NCBI GenBank assembly: GCA_004431415.1
Contig: QPMI01000263.1
Coordinates: 1 to 64,000 of the forward strand
Direction: 5' to 3'
DNA length: 64,000 nucleotides
From: Cyanophora paradoxa CCMP329
Lineage: Eukaryota > Plantae > Glaucophyta
Every line of letters begins with the position of its first letter. Positions within the stretch are counted from its first letter, which is position 1. Under the pieces are notes generated by a model. It ran no database searches and was not told the origin of the DNA. It was given only the letters and a program-made list of their open reading frames with translations. Position numbers and translations under genes: made by a program. Below, piece after piece: positions 45,947-57,000 of this stretch.

Positions 45947-47821
45947 TCACTGCACGTACTGGCCGGGGACCTGAAGGGCGGGCTCGGGGCGGGCTCGGGA
46001 GTTGCGGGGGAGCCGGGAGGGCGCGGGGGGCCGCACCCAGGCGTACTTGTCCTTCATGTCCCGGATGTGCGCGATGCACTTCTTCATCGCCGCCACTGCC
46101 GCCCCGTCGGGCGGGGCGCGGCGGGAGGGGCGGGGCGGGGCGGGCGCACGCCGCTGGGTGCCCCGCTGGGAGTCCCACGCGTCCCACTTCATGCGGCGGC
46201 TGTACCTGCGCGCCGGGGGCGTGAGGCGGGCCCGGCCGAGGCAGACCCCGGCCCCGGGCCGCCGCACTTCATCATGGAGGGCTTCGGCACGTTGCAGTCG
46301 CCCTCCACGGCCTGTGAGGCCCGGCGGGTAAGCAGCGGCGGAGCGGAGGGCCGCCGGCTGGTTCGGCGGGAAGCACCTGCTTGTAGAGGCCGTACGCGGA
46401 GAGCCTGCCCGGGGGGGAGTGGCGTCAGCCGCGGGGCGCTGCGCGGCGCTCGCCCCGCCCGATGCGCGCACTTCTCCTCGATGCTCTGCGCCCACGCGGG
46501 GTCAGCGGGGGGGATCGAGAAGCGCGAGGGGGGTACGGGCGCGCGCGCACCATCTTGTAGTAGAGGGACTTGGCCTCGTACGCCTCCGTGAGGAACTCTG
46601 CGGGGGTACCGCGGTCGGCGAGGGGCCGGGAAGAAGGGGAGGGGTAATTGTGGGGGGTACCCTCGATGAGGTCCTTGTCGGTGCCGACTGCGCGGGGCGG
46701 CCGGTCGGCGGTGGCGGGGGAGGGGCTGGTGGGGGGAAGGGAGCGCGAGCAGGGTGGGGGGAGAGGGGTGCGGGGGGGAAGGGCGGACGGATGCCGGGGA
46801 TGCGGAGGGCGAGGGTCTGGCGCATCGGGTCCGACGCCTTCGGGTCGATCTTCACCAGCGAGTTCTGCCCCGCCCCGCCCCGGGGCCCCGCCCGTCGGCC
46901 GCCGGCGGGCTGGGGCGGGGCCCGGCGTGCGGGCGGCACCTTGAGGTTCTCGTCGTTCATGTACTTCTTCTTGAGCACGTTCACCAGCCCGACTGCCCCG
47001 GGGCCCCCTCAGGCCGGGGGCGCGGCCCGGGGCGGCGGCGGCGGCAGCGGCGGGGCGCACTGCACTCGCGCTGCGCCTGGCGCCGGGCCTCGTCGTTGCT
47101 CACCGCCGACTGGCCCAGCTCCATGAGCCTGTAGAACTCCCGGATCTGTCGCGCCCGCGCCTCAGCCGCGGGGAGCGGGGCGCGGCGGGCGGCGGCCGCG
47201 CCTCGGCCTCGGACGCCATGTAGATGCACTTCCCCTCCTCGATCGCCTGCGCCGCCGCGGCGTCGGGGCGCGGCGGCGCGGCGGGGGCGCGGGAGCGCAC
47301 CCGCTCGAAGAGGGCGGCGAGGCGCATGTCCTCGGCGCGCAGCGTCTCGGAGCGCTCGCCCCGGGGCGACGTCGTCGTCCCCCACGTGCTCTCGTCGTCG
47401 TCCATGATCTCGTCCGGCGCCGCCGTCGCCTTCGTCGGCTCCCTCGCTTGCACCCGCGGCGCCGCCGGCAGCGCGAACGAGCTCTGCTTGGGCGGAGGCG
47501 CTCCTGGCGGCGGCGGAGGCTGCGGCGCGCGAGATCATTGACAAGTGGAGCCGCGGGCGCCGCCTCTCACCTTGCGCGGCGGCGGGCCCGGAGGCGGCGG
47601 AGGCTGCGGGGCCTGGAGTCAGACGGCAGATGCGCAGGCCGCTGGGCGCCGGCGAGGCCTGTCACCTTCCACGAGGCTTGCCGCGCGGGCAGCTCGGGGA
47701 CGCGCGGAGAGTTTACGAGCTTCGAGGGAGGCGCCGGCGGCATGTCTTCCTTTTCAGGCTGGGAGGAAGACAACCCGAAGCTCCAACAGGAGCACACTTT
47801 GCACTTCCACCAGTCCGACAT
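45947..47821 (-). CDS. Protein with Pro-rich N-terminus and C-terminal acyl-CoA-binding (ACBP) domain
   Basis: Spliced LSAYGLYKQ|AVEGDCNVPKPSMMK|YSRRMKWDAWDSQR..AMKKCIAHI matches the ACBP signature LYGLYKQAT.GD....P.......KWDAW. Start at 47821 or ~47743; TGA at 45947-45949. Confidence 0.75.
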
Positions 47822-48252
47822 GGCTTCGCCGAGAGTCGCTCACCGCTCAACGGGCGAACTCAGACGTGTGCGGGAGGTCGCAATGTGCGTTTAGCTTCTG
47901 ACAGTAAAGGCTGCAATGCCCGATGTGCACCCGATGCGGAGGCCGGCGGCGCGCTCTGAAGATCTCGCCTGGCCGCGCGCTCCGGCTGACCAGGTTCCAC
48001 TCACTCTAGCGAGACGTCGACGAGAACGATTGCTCACCAAACGCTGATCGAGCGCCGACCGCAACGAACCCACTTTTGCGAAGCCGTACCCCTACTCGGT
48101 TCCCGCGCAAGCTTGGCGCGCGTCCTGTGAGGCTCCGGGCGCTAGCTTTGAGTGACACAGCTGCGCAGCTAGCGGTTTGTATAGCATTGTGAGGCAGGAC
48201 AGCAGCGGCAATAGCGCGAGGCCTCGGCGCCCCGACGCAGCGACGCGGCGAA

Positions 48253-51200
48253 ATGCCGATCGCACGGATCACGCAGGAGCTCATTGAGGAGATCCTGCAG
48301 CGGACGAAGCGTGACTACGCCGACCTGCACGCGCTCAATCTGTCGAACAATGGTGCGGGCCGCGGCTAGCGAGATCTAGACCACCGCGCTGCGGACAGCG
48401 CGAGACGGGCTCCGCAGAGATCGAGGTGATCGAGAACCTCGGGCGGCTGACGCGGCTGGCGCGGCTGAACCTCTCGAACAACCGCATCGAGCGGATTGAC
48501 GGGCTCGAGACGCTCGGCGCCCTCGTGGAGCTCAACCTGTCCAAGAACCGGATGTGCGCCCACCGTATCCCGCCCGGCATCGCCCGGCGGCGCGGGGCCG
48601 AGGGCGGGGCCGGCCGGCAGCTCGCGGCTGGACGGGCTGGAGGCGGCGCGGGCGCTGGAGCTGCTGGACCTGTCGCAGAACCGCGTGGCGGACGTGGCGG
48701 AGCTCGACCTCGTCGCCCGCCTCCCCGCCCTCCGCCACCTCACCCTCGCCGGCAACCCCGTCTGCTCCCTCCGGTGCCCCCTGCCCCTGCCCGCCCCCGC
48801 CCCGCGGGGCCCGACGTGGCGCGCGGGCGGCAGGGAGTACCGCGTGGAGGCGCTGCGGCGAATGCCGGCGCTGCAGTCGCTGGACGGGGCGGAGGTCTCC
48901 GCCGAGGAGCGCGCCTACGTCCGCGTCCTCGCCGCCGACGCCGGGTGCGCCGCCTCCGCGCCCCGGCCCGCGCCCCCGCCCCCCTCACGCCCCGATTCAG
49001 CCGCAGCTCGCCGCCGCCCCCGCCGCCCAGCCGCCCGCCTACGCCCCGCTCTCCTATACCTCCCCGGCCGCCCGGCGTCCCACTACGCCCCCGGCCCCTC
49101 CGCGCCCCCGCCGCGCCGCCGCACCGGCGGCGGGTACAGGTCGGCGTCGCCGCCGGCGCCGCTGCCGCCGGAGCTGCCGGCGGGGTGCCGCCGACGCGGG
49201 AGGGGCGCCTGGAAGCGCTGCTGGCGCTGGAGCGCGACCGCAGCGCCGACGCCTCCGCCCAGCTCCGCCTCGCCCGGTGCGCCGCCCGCCCCTCCCGGAG
49301 CCCTCCGCGCCGGCGCGAGGCGCTGCGGGGCAGGGCGGAGGCGGAGCGGCTGCAGGGGGAGCTGCAGGAGCGCGAGGCGGCTTTCCAAGAGCGCGCCGAC
49401 GCCCTGGCGCGCCCCTCCCCTCCCCGCCCCGCCGTCGCGGGCGGCGCTGAGGGGCGAGCAGGTGCAGGAGGGCCGGGGCCGGATCGAGCGGGCCGAGGCG
49501 GCGTACGCGGCCCTCCGCGCCGAGCTCGATCGCGAGCGCGCCCTCTCCCGCCAGGCCCGCCCCCGCCCCCGCCCCGCCCCCGCGCTCCTCCTTGCAGCAG
49601 GCGAGCCCCGCCGCAGCTGCGCGCCTACGTGGGCGACCAGGCCGCCGCGGGGCAGGCGGCGGGGCCGCCCCGGCGCCCCCGGGCCCGCCCAGGCCGGCCG
49701 ATGTGCTGGAGGAGGAGAACGAGGCGCTGCGGAGCCAGCTGGACCTGCTCAAGGCGCGCCGGACCGCCTTGCGCTCCGCGAGCGTGGGGCGAGCGGGGGC
49801 GCAGGTGCAGGCGGAGAGCCTGCAGAACGTGATGGCGATCCTGGAGGCGGAGATGGCGGCGGCGAAGGGCCGCGGGCCGGGGGCGCGCCGCGCGCTGGAG
49901 GAGCGGGTGGCGGGGCGGTGGCGCGAGAAGGTCTTCCAGCTGCTCGTGCGGGAGAAGCAGGAGCGCCTCCGCCGCGACGACGAGCGCCGCCGCTTCGACG
50001 ACGAGGCGCCGCCCCGCCGGCCCCGCCGCCCCGCCAACCGCCCCGCCTGACGCGCGGCGCCGGCCAGATCGCGGCGCGGGACGAGGCGGTGCGGGAGCTC
50101 GAGACGGAGATCCGCGTGCTGCGGGAGAAGGGCGAGGCGGCGCGGGCGGCGGCGCAGGCGGAGGCGGCGGCGCTGCAGGCGGCGCGGGCGGCGGCGGCGC
50201 GGGCGGAGGCGAGGGAGAAGGAGCTCGCGGCCCGCTGGCGGGAGCAGGCGATGCAGACGAGCCGCCTCGCCGAGACCGTCCACGCGTCCGCCCCGCCCCC
50301 CGCCGCCTTCGCCGGCGCCGCTCGAGCCGGGCGGGGCGGGGCTTGCGCAGGCTGCACGGGCAGATCCTGCACTTCGACGCGGCGATGCAGGCGGGGGAGC
50401 GGCGCGTGGCGGGGCTCTCGCAGCGGGTGGCCTTCGCGGCGGGGCGCCTGCCCGTCCTCTCGGCCATGCTCGAGGCGCGGGACCGGCAGTGGCGCGGGCG
50501 CGCGCACGCCCTCCAGGACCAGCTCCGCGCCGTCCTCGACCGAGTGCGTTCGGGCCCCGCCACGGCCGGCCCCCGCCCCTCACTGAAGCCCCGGCAGCGG
50601 CGCGCCGAGGGCGGCGACACGGCGTCGAGCTCGGGCCTCGGCACCGATCGGAGCTACCTCGAGCAGCCGCCCCGGACCTCCTGGTGCGCCCCCGCCGCCC
50701 ACCGCCGGCCGCCGCCGGCCGCCGCCCGCCGGCGCCAGCCGTGAGCGGGGCGCCAGGCGGGCGCTGCTCGACGGCCCGAGCGACGCGGCGACGCTGCGGC
50801 GGGAGCTGGAGCTCATGGCCGAGGTCCGCGCCCCCGCCGCGCGGGGCCCCGGGCGGCGCGCGACGCCGGGCGGGTGGGCGCAGGAGCGGGACGCGCTGGC
50901 GCGGCTGGCGCGGCAGGCGGCGGACGACGAGGCGCGCCGCGTCGCCACCGCCCGCGGCGAGCGTGCGCCAGCGCCCCCCGCCGCCCGCGCCTCGCCTGCT
51001 CTGCGGGCGACGGGGCGACGGGGCGGCAGGGGAGGGGGAGGTGCGGGCCTGCGGGAGCGGCTGGCGGAGGCGGAGCGGGAGCTCTCGGACACGCGCGCCG
51101 CCCTCCACGCCGAGCGCGAGGCCCGCCCCGCCCCACCCCGCCCCGCGCGGCCCGCTGAGGGCGGGGGGCAGCGGACGGCGGCGCTGGACGTGCGGCTCTC

Positions 51201-52409
51201 GCGGACGGCGGAGGAGGCGGCGGAGCGCGACCGCGAGGCGCGCGCCCTCCGCCGCGAGGCCGACGAGGCCCGCCGCGCATCCTCCCGCGGTCCGCACGCA
51301 CGCCTGCCGCCAGGCCCGCGGCCGGGCGCCGAGCGAGCGGCGCGCAGCGACGTCGGAGGAGGTGGAGCGGGCGGAGGCGGAGGCGGCGCGCCTGCAGCGC
51401 GAGCTCGCCGCCTCCCGCCGCGACCTCGCCAAGACGCGTGCGGCTCCGCTCCGCTCCGCCCCGCCCCGCCCCGCCCGCTGCGGCTGACGGCTCCGCAGAG
51501 GCGGCGCTGAAGGCGCTGGAGCGGCAGGTCGCCCGCGAGCGGCTGCGGACGACCCGCGAGGACCGCGCCCGCGTGCGGCCCCGCCCCGCCCCGCCCCGCC
51601 CCGCCCCGCGGCGCGCGCCCGCGCGCCTCACGGGCTGCGGCAGCTGGAGGAGCTCGAGCGGCAGCTGGAGGCGAAGGAGGCGCAGCTGCACGCCGCCCGC
51701 CGCGAGCGCAACGCGCTCCTCAGCGCCGCCCGCAAGCAGGAGCTCGGGGCGCTCGGCAGCCCCGGCCCCGCCCCGCGCCGCGCCTCCTCCGGGCCCCGCT
51801 CGCGAGTGCGCCGCCCCCGACTCCCTCCGCCCCGCCCCGCGCCGACGCCACCGCCGCAGAGTGCATCTCCGCAACGGGGCGGGGCGCGGGGCGGGGCGCG
51901 GGGCCGGGGCGGCCCCGGGGCGATCCCGGAGCGCTGGGCGCGGCTGCTGGACCCGGAGGGGTACGAGGAGCGGCGGCGGGAGGAGGAGCGGGGCCGGAGC
52001 GGGCGCGGGCGCGGCGGGTCTCGCGCTCGGGGTCGCCGCCGGGGCGGGGGCGGGAGCGCGGGCTCGAGCGACTCGTCGAGCGGGGAGGAGGCGCTCGTGG
52101 CGCAGGCCGGCCTCCTCCGCGCCGCCCCGGCCCCGCCCGCCGGCCCCCGCCCCCGCGTGCCCCCTCCCCCTCCACCACCACCGCCAGCGAGCCGCCCCTG
52201 ACCCCGAGGAGGCCCTCCTCGCCCGCGGCCGCGCCCTCGCCGCCCGCGGCCTCGCCGCCCGCGCCCCTCGAGCAGGTGCCGCCCCCGGCCCCACGGGCCC
52301 CGCCCCGCCCGCCACACGCGGGGCCGACGCCTGGCCGCGCGCAGACCAGGGCTACGCGAGCCGGCTCTCTGAGGCCACGCGGGTGGCGCTCGGCGAGCGC
52401 TTCCGGTGA
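48253..52409 (+). CDS. SDS22-like LRR domain + LRRcap fused to a long coiled coil with CCHCR1-like motifs
   Basis: LNLSNN|EIEVIENLGRLTRLARLNLSNNRIERIDGLETLGALVELNLSKNR...LTLAGNPVC..YRVEALRRMPALQSLDG; later RWREKVFQLLV (~49915-49950) and LSQRVAFAAGRL; TGA 52407-52409. Confidence 0.75.
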
Positions 52410-52795
52410 GGCCAGAATGTAGACAGCGGTTCTTTGAAACACAAGCAGACGGGCCCGCCAAGAGGGCGGCCCCTACCTATACAGCGCGAGCGCGTCGCGA
52501 GGCTGCAATACTATACACGAGAAGCGATGCCACTGATTGCGAAAACGGAGGCTGGCTTTGAAAACAGGCCGCCGACGCCGGGGCCGGAGGGGGTAGCCAC
52601 ATAACCGGAGACAGGCCGCAGGAATGGGGAGGGGGTAGCCGGCAGGGGACAGCCGTTACGAGGGTACACCTTCTGACCGCACGGGGCGATACAAGAACAT
52701 GGTATCGCCGGTGCACGTGATGAGGGGAGAGGGGGGGCGCGAGAAGAAAGGAGAGAAAAGAGGAGGAGGGCGGGCAGGGAACAAGACGGGCGGGG

Positions 52796-53473
52796 CTAGC
52801 CGTTGGCGCTGAACCTCCGCACCATTGTGATTTCGACTTCCTGGGCGGCGCTGGGCTTGCGCGCCGCCTGCGCAGCGTCGACCATCTCCTGCGTCGTCGG
52901 CCTGTGTATGGCGGCGTTGACCTCCCCGTCGGAGAGGACGCGCTCCGGCGACGTGGGCGAGAGCGGCCGCGTCGGCTGCCACTCCTCTTCGGGCTTGCTG
53001 TTCTTGTGCGTTGCCCGCAGGTCTTCCGGCACCGCCATCCACTGCCCACGGTGGTCGCCTGCGCCGAGAGGGGCGGGTCGGGCGGGGCCCGAGGCGTACG
53101 ACCGGCCCCCGCGCACTCTTCACTTTGAATTCGTGTCCTGTGTCCCCGTGCGCTCCTTTCAAGTAGCACATCTCGCAGAGGTCGAAGCGGAAGCACAGCA
53201 GACACTTGTACCGCCACCCGACGATCGGCTTCACTCCGCACCAGTTGCAGCGCTGCGGGCACGGCATGTGGGCCTTCCGAAGCTAAAGAAACACATCGCA
53301 CGCGCGATCTACCTTTTGCCTGATGCGATTGCCGTGGACGTTGGTCTCGTCTGCGATCCATCAGCACACGGAGCTACCCAGCTGCGCGAGATGGCCAAAA
53401 GAAGAAGCACTAGCATACCGAACGAGGTCTGCCTCTTAAACTGCCTTGGTAGACGCTCACGCAGGGCCTCCAT
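52796..53473 (-). CDS. Small ZZ-type zinc-finger protein
   Basis: VHGNRI..CNWCGVKPIVGWRYKCLLCFRFDLCEMCYLKGAHGDTGHEF is a canonical ZZ finger; ends VRRFSANG*; start exon uncertain. Confidence 0.8.
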
Positions 53474-54099
53474 TCGCCTGCGAGATGCAAATGATCAAAA
53501 GCCGCTCCACAGCTTCGCATGCTGACCAATGACGAAAGTAAACGCTACTGTTTGAGAATATGGGCCTTGGGCCCACAGGTGATGTCGGCCATCTCTACGT
53601 TGTCGTGGCCATGTTGTACGCCACTGCTGGATCCAGCGCGATCCAGGTTGCCTAAGCTTCCTACCCTAACCTGATGCGAGTTCATGTCCGCTGAGAGGCC
53701 ACTCGATCCTTAGCTGGAGAGCTAGTGGATCGGCAGGTGCTGGTGGTGGTCCGCAGATCGACGCTGCCAACGCCGCGGAGCTCGTCACCTCGACTTTCCT
53801 CAAGCTTTAGGGCTGCTTACTCAACTTGCGAAGTGCGATGAGTGGGATGAATTCGACTACCCCTCGTGGTGACTGGGTCACTGGGAGGGAACAGAAGGAC
53901 TTCGCAGGATCAGATCGACCGGCGGTCATTTTCGGAAGTCGGACCCATCGATATCGATATCGGAAGTTTTAGGCTCGCAACTGCCGTCACTAAGCCTCTA
54001 TATCGTAAGCTTACAACCGCAATTTTTCCCTTGAGCTTGCAGCCTAACAGGGAAGCGCACAGCAGACCGCGGGGCAGGGGCCGCGGTCGAGGGCGCCGC

Positions 54100-57000
54100 T
54101 CACTTCTTCGCCTTGCCGCGGCCCTTCTTCGCCGGAGCAGGTGCCGGAGCCGCTGCCTCCTCCGCTGGCGCCTCCTCCTCCGCCGCCGGCGCCGCGCGCT
54201 TCTTCCCGCGCCCGCCGCCAGACGTGGCTGCCGCCTTTCGGCCCCGCTTGCCCTTCGCCGGGGCCTCCTCCTCCTCCTCCTCGGCCGCCGCCGCCTCGGA
54301 GGGAGCCTCGGCGGGCGCGGGGGCGGGCGCCTCGGCGGGCGCCGGCTCCTCGGCCGCCGTCTCCTCCTCCTTCTTCTCCTCCTCCTCGGTCTCCATGGGC
54401 GCCGCCGCCGGCTCCGCCCCGCCGTCCTCGTCGCGCTTCCGCCGCGCGCGCACGCCGGCCTCGTCGCCGGCGCCGGCCGCGAGCGCCGCCGCCCCGAGGG
54501 CGCCGGGGCCGCCTCCGCCGCCACCGCCTCCGCGCTGATGGGCTTCGGGATCGCTGCGGGGCGGCGGCGTCAGGGCGAGGGGGGCCCGCGGCGGGGGCGC
54601 CCGGCGGGCCTGCGGTGGAGACGCGGGCGATCTCCTCGGCGATGAGGGCGCTGGTGCCGGCCTCCTCCGCCGCCTGCTGCTTCCGGATCTCCGCCAGCTG
54701 CTTCCCGAACTCCGCCTGCATGCTCTGCGCCTGCGCGGGGGTCAGGCCGGCCGGCCGGGCGGGGGGCCGGGGCGGGGCGCGCCTCCTGGAAGGTTTGGAC
54801 GCTCTTGTTGTAGACGAGGACGGACATCTCGTGGACGTCGGCCACCTCCTGCACCTGCGCCGCCCCCGCCCCGCTCGGCCCCGCCCCCGAGGGGGCCGGC
54901 GGGGCGCGGCCGCACCGCGTCCGGGGCCGGCTTGGTGGAGATCTCGCGGGTGGCGGGGAAGCGCTCCGAGGGGACGAGCTGCAGCTTCGTCGGGCGCGCC
55001 AGCATCTGGCTCAGCGCCGGTGCCAGCTCGTAGCTCTGCGGGCCGGGCGCGCGCTCAGGGCGGGACTTGGGTGCGGGCCGAGAGGGGCGGGGCGGGGCGG
55101 GGGGGCGGGCCTGCTCGAAGAGGGACTTGCGGCAGAAGATGTAGAGGCCGAGGCGGGCGCGGGAGAGGGCCACCACCAGGCGCCGCACGTCCCTGCGCCG
55201 GCCCGGGCCGGGCCCGCACGTCAGCCCAGCCCCCGCCGCGCGGCACCGCACAGCGCCCGCGCACCGGATGTGCCCGATCGCGCGCGTGCGGACGAGCGAG
55301 AGGAGCACGTCTGCGGGGCGCGTGAGGCGCGCCGGGGGGCAGGGGGGCGGGGCGGGCGGACAGTCGTTCTGCTGGCCCTGGTACTTGTCGACGGTGGAGA
55401 TGCACGCCGGCTGCCCGAAGAACGGGTTCCACGCGCACCGCTGCGGCGCTCTGTCAGGGCGGCGTGGGGGAGGGGCGGGGCGGGGCGGGCGGGGCGGGGC
55501 GGGCCTGGGCGATGACGTCCTTGAGGAGGTGCTTCTGGCCGTTGTACGTCGTCAAGATGCTGATCCGCGACGCCGGGTACCTGCGCAGCGCGTCAGGCGG
55601 GGCCGGGGCCGGGGGTGGGGGCGGGCGGGAGCGGCGGGGCGGGGGCGGACCCGAGGAGGCGCATGTACTGGTAGACGGCGACGATATACTCGGCCTCGGC
55701 GAGGTTCTGGTAGAAGAAGGGGGTCGGGTCCGACTCGCCGACGCCGTTCAGGGGGCCCACGTCGATGAGCTGGAAATCGTGCGCGAAGCTGCCGCCCCCG
55801 CGTGAGGGGCGGGCGGGGGCGGGGCGGGGCGGGGGGCGGGGGGCACCCGGCGTTGGCGAGGCGGTACTGGGAGTCGGAGTGGACGTTGGGGAGGTTGCCG
55901 AGGAACTTGTAGCGCCAGGAGTAGAGGTCGGCGATGCTCGGGCGGGCGCGCCCCTGCAGGTTGAGGTTCACCGTCGGCACCCCGAGGCGCACGAAGCGGG
56001 AGAAGAGGGACTGGTCGAGGTGGGAGTACTTGGCGAAGGCCAGGTTCTTGATGACGGGCGGCAGCTGGTGGTGGTCCCCGATGAGAACCACCCGCTTCAG
56101 CCGGCACTGCCCGTCCTGCTGGTTCTGCAGCAGCAGCGGGATGAACGTCTCGATCTCCATGATCTGGGCCGACTCCTCCATCAGCACGTTGTCGTACTGC
56201 GCGCCCGGCGTCAGCGGTGGGGGCGCGCGCAGGGCGGGGCGGGGCGGGGCGAAAGGCGCCTTGAAGCCCATGTTGACGAAGTCGCGGCGCTTGAGGGCGG
56301 CGTGCGTGCAGGTCATGGCGATGATCTTGGCCTGCTTGGAGATGAGGTAGTTGCCGCGGTCGCGCATGTTGCGCAGCAGCTCGAACGGCCGGCACATCTC
56401 CAGCTCCTCGAAGATCTGCGCCCCGCCGCCGTCAGCCACGCCCCCGCCGCCGCGGCGCGCCGTGCGCCGGCGGCTTGCCTTGCGGATGTGCTTCATGCAG
56501 CCGTCGGCGGTGCGGAGGTCGCCCTCGTAGCTCTGGCCCTTGAAGAGGGGCTGGGGGGCGGTGCGGAAGAAGCGGGTGAAGGGGAAGAGCTCCTGGAGCT
56601 TGGCCGGCGTGCGCTCGGCATCAGGGAGGCGGGCGAGCTTGAGCTGGAAGAGCTCCCAGCGGGCCACGACGTGGAAGAGGTAGAAGTGCTGCGCCGCCTC
56701 AGCGGCAGGGGCGCGGGGGCCGGGGCGGGGGCGCGGGCGGGCGCGCCTGGGCGGTCTCGCAGGTGTAGGCGGCGTCGTCGGAGAGTTCGAGGCTGCGGGC
56801 GAGGCGGCCCACCTCGTCGAGGAACTCGAGCCGCCGCGCCTGCCCCGCACATGCCGCTCGGCACCGCGCCGCGGCGGGGGCGGGGGCGGGGGCGGGCGCA
56901 CGAGCATGTAGTTGACGCGGCCGGCGCGGGAGAAGTCCTTGTCGGTGGCGAGCTCCTCCTCGCCGGCGCCGAGGCGCAGCAGGTGGATCTCGTTGACGTC

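Noticed and set aside
54010-54020. TGTAA (chlorophyte-type polyadenylation signal) downstream of AQR on the minus strand
   Set aside because: Not found consistently after the other genes; a single instance is uninformative.
54480-54520. Frame change near the AQR C-terminus (possible programmed frameshift or pseudogene)
   Set aside because: Falls in C-runs of an essential, otherwise intact gene; a consensus indel error is far more likely.
55036-56478. Three stop-free 3n GC-donor introns in AQR as a regulated intron-retention device
   Set aside because: 3 of 10 being multiples of three is the chance expectation, and stops are rare at this GC.
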